64,000 nucleotides of DNA from Candidatus Woesearchaeota archaeon (GTDB taxonomy: Archaea > Nanobdellota > Nanobdellia > Woesearchaeales > UBA583). The stretch's first letter is position 1. Each line of letters starts with the position of its first letter. Under the pieces are notes generated by a model. It had not been told where the DNA came from and made no database searches. It saw only the letters and a program-made list of their open reading frames with translations. The position numbers and the translations under genes are program-made. Below, piece by piece: positions 58,700 through 64,000 of the stretch. Where the stretch lies: the NCBI GenBank assembly GCA_965205335.1, contig OZ242164.1, positions 704,001 through 768,000 on the forward strand, written 5' to 3'.

Positions 58700-60922
58700 A
58701 TGAGGAAATTTAAGACATTTATAGTTTTTATAATAGTCGTTCTTTTTTTTGGATTATTTTCAGTTTTCAGTGCAACAAGTAATGTTGAGCCAAATGTTGG
58801 TATCAGTCCTAATGAAGATTACTATAAAGAAGAAAACTTCAATAGGAATGGTTCTAATGGAAGTGGTTTTAATGAAGATGATTTTTACGAGAATAGTTCT
58901 AATGCAGACTCTGATGGAAATGAGACAATATTAACAAATAATAGCATGGATGGAGTTTGTGATGTAAGTGTTGATAAATGTATAAATGGAACTTATCAGA
59001 ACTTTTTAGATAATTCAACTCATTATTTGTGGAAGTGTAATGGATTAAATGGAGGAAGTAATATTTTATGTATTAAGGCAAAAATTAAGTCTAATCATAC
59101 GAGTAATAAGACTGGCAATCACAAACTAATTACTATTTCCAATGTCACAAGGGCAGGTGAAAATCATAATTGTAAGAGTATAGGTTGTGATTATCTTGTT
59201 AGTGGAAGAAATTTGTATAGTAATATTGTTGTTAATGGATATTCTGACAATGAATCATTATTATTTTCAACTGAACTGAAACTCATATATGATGATAACG
59301 ATGACGCATATTTTTTTAGGGTCCCAAGAGGTGAAAATTTATGTTCAAATGGAACAGAAAATTGCATTATTTATGTTACGTTTAGAGAACCTAATAGGAA
59401 TAATACAATAGGAGGCTCATCATATAGATGGTATATCTATTATTTTTATCATTCTGAACCTAAAATTATGAACGTATCTCAAGATAGGAGAGATAATTAC
59501 AGAAGGTTTTTTGTTATTGGAAGAGATTTAAATGATAATATCAGTGTTAAATTATATAGAGAAAGTAATGAGAGGAGTCTCTCATTTTATGAAACAACTT
59601 TAGAAAGAAAGAGTTTATATATTGCAAACTTAGGACAAATCAAATCATATACAGATGGTTATTTTGATGTTCCAATTAAAATAGAATTATGCTTGAATAA
59701 TAAAAGTAGATGTGCAGTTTATATTGAATTTACACATCCATCCTCGCCAGAAGAAGATCACATTAATGGATTTAATATTGATGTCTACGAACCTTACAAT
59801 ATAACAATAGAAAATGTTACATATAATCGTTTTACGAATAAAATAAGTATTGAAATATACAACACTCTGAATAGCCGCCACCGTCTTTATGAGAGGTATA
59901 TGCTTAATATTTCGCTAAATGACAAGAATAGTCTTAGTTCTATCTTTGAACCTTCAAATGGTGGGAAGTTACTTACAGAGATTAGTTTGACACCTTCATT
60001 ATATGATAAACTCACAAATGAATCAAACACGGTTAATTATACTGCTGTGCTTTATGGAGGAAATTTTATAGATAGGAATAAGAATAACGGTTTGATTTTC
60101 AAGAATATACTTGCATCACAAGAGGGAACTTTTTCTTCACAAGAAGGAATGATGAGTGGATGTTATGGATATTGCGATATAGGACCTGTTCTGTGGATGG
60201 GAAATGGGGATCTCTCGAAGTATGATTTATTTTTCGTAGTTGAAGGGAAAACCCAAGAGGAAGTAGAGGATCAATTAGATAGGATCTTCGGAAGTGGGGA
60301 CTATTCCTTGTTTAAAACAAATCCCTTTATTGGACAAGAAGATAAGTTTAATATTTATTATGCAATTCTCTCTGAAGCATATGATTATTCTTATGGAAGT
60401 TGTAGATGGAGTTCTGGATCAGATGAAGGTATTGAACGTTTTAGTAACATTTTTAATCAAGACTGGATAGATGGAAAGGTTTATTTTAGTCAGAATCCAA
60501 AGATCTGGGGTCATGCTAAGTTTGGTGAGTATATTAAGATGTCTTATACCTGTTCTGGTGCTCCTGATACTATTTTTATTCATGAGTTCGGGCATATGTT
60601 CGGACATTTGTGGGATGAGTACATTTATCCTAATAACAATGGTTCTTCTGCTATAAATAATTGTCTTGCAGGAGAGGGTTTAATTGATGAAGAAGAAAGA
60701 TGTGAGGAGGGGTGTGAACTAACTGGAACACATAGATGGGAGAACATCTCTGAGTTTGATGAAGAGGTATTCTCTGGATGTACAAGTCCTCTTCTTTTTA
60801 GAGACAAGTTTCAGAGAGTTATGAGGAGTAGTTCATCAGTACCCATTTCTGAATGGATAGACGCATGGGGTGAAGTTAATGAGTATTATCTAAGAGAGAA
60901 ATTAGAGGAGGATTATAGTTAA
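58700..60922 (+). CDS. Secreted zinc metallopeptidase, M64-like C-terminal domain
   Basis: Signal peptide; PF.....FNIY; HEFGHMFGHLWDEY. Confidence 0.75.
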   Translation: MRKFKTFIVFIIVVLFFGLFSVFSATSNVEPNVGISPNEDYYKEENFNRNGSNGSGFNEDDFYENSSNADSDGNETILTNNSMDGVCDVSVDKCINGTYQNFLDNSTHYLWKCNGLNGGSNILCIKAKIKSNHTSNKTGNHKLITISNVTRAGENHNCKSIGCDYLVSGRNLYSNIVVNGYSDNESLLFSTELKLIYDDNDDAYFFRVPRGENLCSNGTENCIIYVTFREPNRNNTIGGSSYRWYIYYFYHSEPKIMNVSQDRRDNYRRFFVIGRDLNDNISVKLYRESNERSLSFYETTLERKSLYIANLGQIKSYTDGYFDVPIKIELCLNNKSRCAVYIEFTHPSSPEEDHINGFNIDVYEPYNITIENVTYNRFTNKISIEIYNTLNSRHRLYERYMLNISLNDKNSLSSIFEPSNGGKLLTEISLTPSLYDKLTNESNTVNYTAVLYGGNFIDRNKNNGLIFKNILASQEGTFSSQEGMMSGCYGYCDIGPVLWMGNGDLSKYDLFFVVEGKTQEEVEDQLDRIFGSGDYSLFKTNPFIGQEDKFNIYYAILSEAYDYSYGSCRWSSGSDEGIERFSNIFNQDWIDGKVYFSQNPKIWGHAKFGEYIKMSYTCSGAPDTIFIHEFGHMFGHLWDEYIYPNNNGSSAINNCLAGEGLIDEEERCEEGCELTGTHRWENISEFDEEVFSGCTSPLLFRDKFQRVMRSSSSVPISEWIDAWGEVNEYYLREKLEEDYS

Positions 60923-60923
60923 A

Positions 60924-61544
60924 ATGAAATGGAAATTAAGTTTGATGTTGTTGGTTTTAATTGGTTTTTCAATGAGTGTTTACGCTGAGAGCAGTGAAGA
61001 TGAAAGCATAGATATAATGGGAGTTACTCTAAGTTATTTTAGTGGGGAGTTTGAAGTTAAGAATGTTTATGTGATTACAGGATTTCCAACTAAGGAGTCC
61101 CAATATTCTACACATATTCTTAATATAGAGAATAAGAAAGGAAAGAATCTTTATTCTGTTAAGTTCTCAATAGGAGACGTGCATTTTTCCCCACCAGATG
61201 AAGATTGGTTTGATGAGGATGGAAATCAGATTTTTATTCCAGAGTTTGTAGAACAAGAGGTTAGTGAAACTATTTTTGTTCCGTATTTTGAAGATGGATA
61301 TTACATAGTCGTTGAGGATTTAGAGGGAAATGAGATACTAAGAGATAATATACCGAAATGGTTTGGGGTTATCCCAGATGATATAGAGTATGAGGTTGTG
61401 TTAGATGATGAAGAGATTGTAGGAGATGAAAAGAAAGAAGGAATCTGGATTTGGATTTATTTGGTTTCAATATTGATAATTGTTGTTATATGCATTATTG
61501 GAATTTTGTATTTAATAAGGGTTAATAAGAGTAATGATAGTTAG
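60924..61544 (+). CDS. Secreted acidic protein with C-terminal membrane anchor
   Basis: Signal peptide, VPYF motif, C-terminal TM helix; abuts peptidase gene. Confidence 0.65.
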   Translation: MKWKLSLMLLVLIGFSMSVYAESSEDESIDIMGVTLSYFSGEFEVKNVYVITGFPTKESQYSTHILNIENKKGKNLYSVKFSIGDVHFSPPDEDWFDEDGNQIFIPEFVEQEVSETIFVPYFEDGYYIVVEDLEGNEILRDNIPKWFGVIPDDIEYEVVLDDEEIVGDEKKEGIWIWIYLVSILIIVVICIIGILYLIRVNKSNDS

Positions 61545-61684
61545 ATAACTTAGATAAAATCTCTAATTATTTTTTGTTAAATTTGAATTCTAAAAAAGAA
61601 CCAGTTAATATAACTATGAGAATATTAATTCTTTTTCATCACAAAAACATGCTTCTTTTTTATTTAAACTTTGAGAAAATAAAA

Positions 61685-62158
61685 CTATTTATAATCTACT
61701 TTCTTTATTTTTAGTGAAGAAATCCCAAACTTTTTCCCAAGTTTTCTAACTTCCCCTTTCTTTAAATCATCAAAATGATGATCACTTGTTATAAAAAGAT
61801 TACACTTCCACTTTATTGAGGTTGCTAAATGGATGGCATCTGTAACGGACAGATTGGGAAACATTTCTGACACATTTCTAAGAATGACATCAATGTCATC
61901 ATTTCCAACAACTTTCAAGCCAGTTTTAACCATTCTACTATAGAGGTTAACAAAATCAGATACTGCCTCAGACCCTTTTTTGCGAAAAATATTTGCAAAT
62001 GCCTCACCGACACCAAGGTGACTTATAATAGATTCATTTCCAAAAGCCTTTTGTTTAAGTATCTTTTCATAAGTACTTGTGTTCTCAATAGTGCATGAAT
62101 CATAATACCACTTCTGATAACTACCTTTCTTCCTATTAGCTTTTGTACTGCGACTCAT
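61685..62158 (-). CDS. PIN-domain (VapC-like) ribonuclease
   Basis: YYDSC, GEA, DAIHLATS, ITSD acidic tetrad. Confidence 0.8.
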   Translation of the reverse strand: MSRSTKANRKKGSYQKWYYDSCTIENTSTYEKILKQKAFGNESIISHLGVGEAFANIFRKKGSEAVSDFVNLYSRMVKTGLKVVGNDDIDVILRNVSEMFPNLSVTDAIHLATSIKWKCNLFITSDHHFDDLKKGEVRKLGKKFGISSLKIKKVDYK

Positions 62159-62161
62159 AAT

Positions 62162-62380
62162 TTACTTTAAAGTTCCATCCATTTTCATCTTCTTCAACAA
62201 TATTTCAATTTCTAAATAATTATTTTCCCTTGCGTGTTTCCTTTCAAATTTATCCAACTTATTACCAATTAAAAAAAATATCTTATCTCTCTCTCTTTTC
62301 AAGTCTTTTTTTGTTATATCATCATAATCAAAAGAATCAATATCTTTTTCTGTTAATTCTGTCATTAGATTTTTCATCAT
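62162..62380 (-). CDS. Small hypothetical protein in PIN operon
   Basis: 72 aa, coupled to both neighbours. Confidence 0.55.
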   Translation of the reverse strand: MMKNLMTELTEKDIDSFDYDDITKKDLKRERDKIFFLIGNKLDKFERKHARENNYLEIEILLKKMKMDGTLK

Positions 62381-62832
62381 TTTGGCAACTTTGACACCTC
62401 CTCTATAACATATTTTACCTCTTTATCATTAGCATTTTTCAATTCTTTAAGTCGTGTAACTGCAGAAGTTTCTCTCATTCCAAGCAGAAACCTCAATAGA
62501 TGAAAAGTTGTTATTAACTCAAGTTTGCGAGAGTCTTTGTTTTTAATAAAACCTTTAACTTTCTTAAATCTCTCCCCCATATCAGGTGAAGAAAACTTTA
62601 AACCCATAATTATATTTTTAGGTTCTATATCATATAAAATTCTCGTTAAATCGGGGCAGTATGGACCTCTTAAATACAAATTAAAGGAATAGTAAGGTGT
62701 CAGACCAAACAATTGGCTTATATATTGAACTTTTTGAGAAATAAGTCTATCATCAAAATTACTTCTATTTCCAACTCCTAATTTCTTTAATACAGAAACA
62801 GTGTATAAAGAATGATAATTAACCTCTGCCAT
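62377..62832 (-). CDS. YwgA/Panacea (SocA)-like winged-helix protein
   Basis: R...QKVQY, YSFNLYLRGPYCPDL, LELITT. Confidence 0.65.
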   Translation of the reverse strand: MAEVNYHSLYTVSVLKKLGVGNRSNFDDRLISQKVQYISQLFGLTPYYSFNLYLRGPYCPDLTRILYDIEPKNIIMGLKFSSPDMGERFKKVKGFIKNKDSRKLELITTFHLLRFLLGMRETSAVTRLKELKNANDKEVKYVIEEVSKLPK

Positions 62833-62992
62833 ATTTACTCAAATATTTTATTTTTTATAAGTCTTGCTCCTCATTACAGCGGACTTAAATATTTGTGAAA
62901 GTTGCAATGATATTCAAAATAATCAGACGATTACATACATAAAAAATAAGGCAAAGTTTAATAAAAAAGCAATAAATTAAATACTTATTAAA

Positions 62993-64000
62993 ATGCCAAA
63001 ACATAGCAAAACTCAAGAACTTGCAATTGCTGTTAAAAAAGAAGAAAATATATCAGAATGGTACACACAGGTGATTTTAAAAGCAGATTTAATTGAGTAC
63101 ACAGATGTTTCAGGATGCATGATATTTAAGCCCAATTCATATCAAATATGGGAAAAAATTCAAGAACATATAAATAAAGGCATTCAAAAAATGGGAGTTA
63201 AAAATTCCTATTTTCCTCTCTTTATACCCGAAAGACTATTAACAAAAGAGAAAGATCACATTGAAGGCTTTGCCCCAGAAGTTGCATGGGTTGATTATGG
63301 AGGGAACACAAAACTTGGTGAAAGATTAGCAATAAGACCAACATCAGAAACCATAATATATGATGCATATTCAAAATGGATAAAATCATATAGGGATTTG
63401 CCTTTAAAACTTAACCAATGGTGTAATATTGTTCGCTGGGAATTTAAACATTCAACGCCTTTTTTAAGAAACCGTGAATTTCTATGGCAGGAGGGACATA
63501 GCGTCTTTGAAACAAAAAAAGAAGCAGATAAAGAAGTTTTGGATGTTCTTAAAGTATATCAATCAACTTATGAGAATTTACTAGCAATTCCTGTGACATT
63601 GGGGAGAAAATCAATAGGAGAAAAATTTGCAGGAGCAGATTATTCATATGCAGCAGAACCCTTCTCACCAATTGATGGAAAATCCATTCAAGCATGCACA
63701 TCTCATCACTTAGGACAGAATTTCGGGAAGGCATTTAATATCGAATTTTTAAATAAAAACCAGAAAAAACGAATTCCCTACCAGAATTCATGGGGATTCT
63801 CAACCAGAAGCATTGGCACATTAATTATGATTCATGGAGATAATAAAGGATTAGTTCTCCCTCCAAGAGTTGCACAAAATAAAATTATAATAATTCCTCT
63901 GCTATTTAAGGGAAAAGAAAAAGAAGTTCTAAAAGTAGCACATGAACTCAAAAAGAAAATATCCAAATTCAATCCATTACTTGATGATGATTCAAAAGAA
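62993..64000 (+). CDS. proS: Proline--tRNA ligase, archaeal/eukaryotic type, partial
   Basis: Hand translation: SEWYTQV, YFPLFIP, EGFAPEV, AIRPTSET, NQWCNIVRWE, REFLWQEGH, SHHLGQNF, SWGFSTR. Confidence 0.95.
   Translation, partial: MPKHSKTQELAIAVKKEENISEWYTQVILKADLIEYTDVSGCMIFKPNSYQIWEKIQEHINKGIQKMGVKNSYFPLFIPERLLTKEKDHIEGFAPEVAWVDYGGNTKLGERLAIRPTSETIIYDAYSKWIKSYRDLPLKLNQWCNIVRWEFKHSTPFLRNREFLWQEGHSVFETKKEADKEVLDVLKVYQSTYENLLAIPVTLGRKSIGEKFAGADYSYAAEPFSPIDGKSIQACTSHHLGQNFGKAFNIEFLNKNQKKRIPYQNSWGFSTRSIGTLIMIHGDNKGLVLPPRVAQNKIIIIPLLFKGKEKEVLKVAHELKKKISKFNPLLDDDSKE

Noticed and set aside
324-60807. Many 60-140 aa ORFs antisense or frame-shifted within long genes (e.g. 4007-4420, 8345-8653, 18254-18649, 35474-35908, 54599-54970)
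   Set aside because: Shadow ORFs of well-supported genes with no independent motifs

Overview
Low-GC archaeal chromosome segment, most consistent with a DPANN lineage (Woesearchaeota/Nanoarchaeota-like). Support comes from TrmY, TrmI, Dph5, PCNA, RPA, aMBF1, OapC, archaeal-type ProRS, TTTATAAA boxes about 25 nt before start codons and class III signal-peptide proteins. The main feature is a complete type V-A CRISPR island (about 2.4-16.3 kb) with two effectors sharing one array. One is an unusually large Cas12a (1556 aa, with coiled-coil insertions). The other is a 1181-1185 aa Cas12a2-family nuclease most like the Smithella Cms1 clade (the clade I recall being renamed Cas12a3, RNA-triggered tRNA-tail cleavage). 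An AAA-wHTH-nuclease-like gene with its own promoter and twin operator-like repeats lies between the effectors and cas4-cas1-cas2. The 7-repeat array is convergent with cas2, and IS481/IS5 remnants bound the far end. The rest of the window holds housekeeping genes (PDH complex, DnaJ, Ppa, two adenylate kinases, Mre11, Prs) and two tRNA-Ser genes without encoded CCA. It also has a toxin-antitoxin cluster, a fresh IS481 with a 15-bp target duplication, a small IS5-derived element and several large secreted or pilin-like proteins. All family assignments come from motif recognition by eye; no database searches were run.
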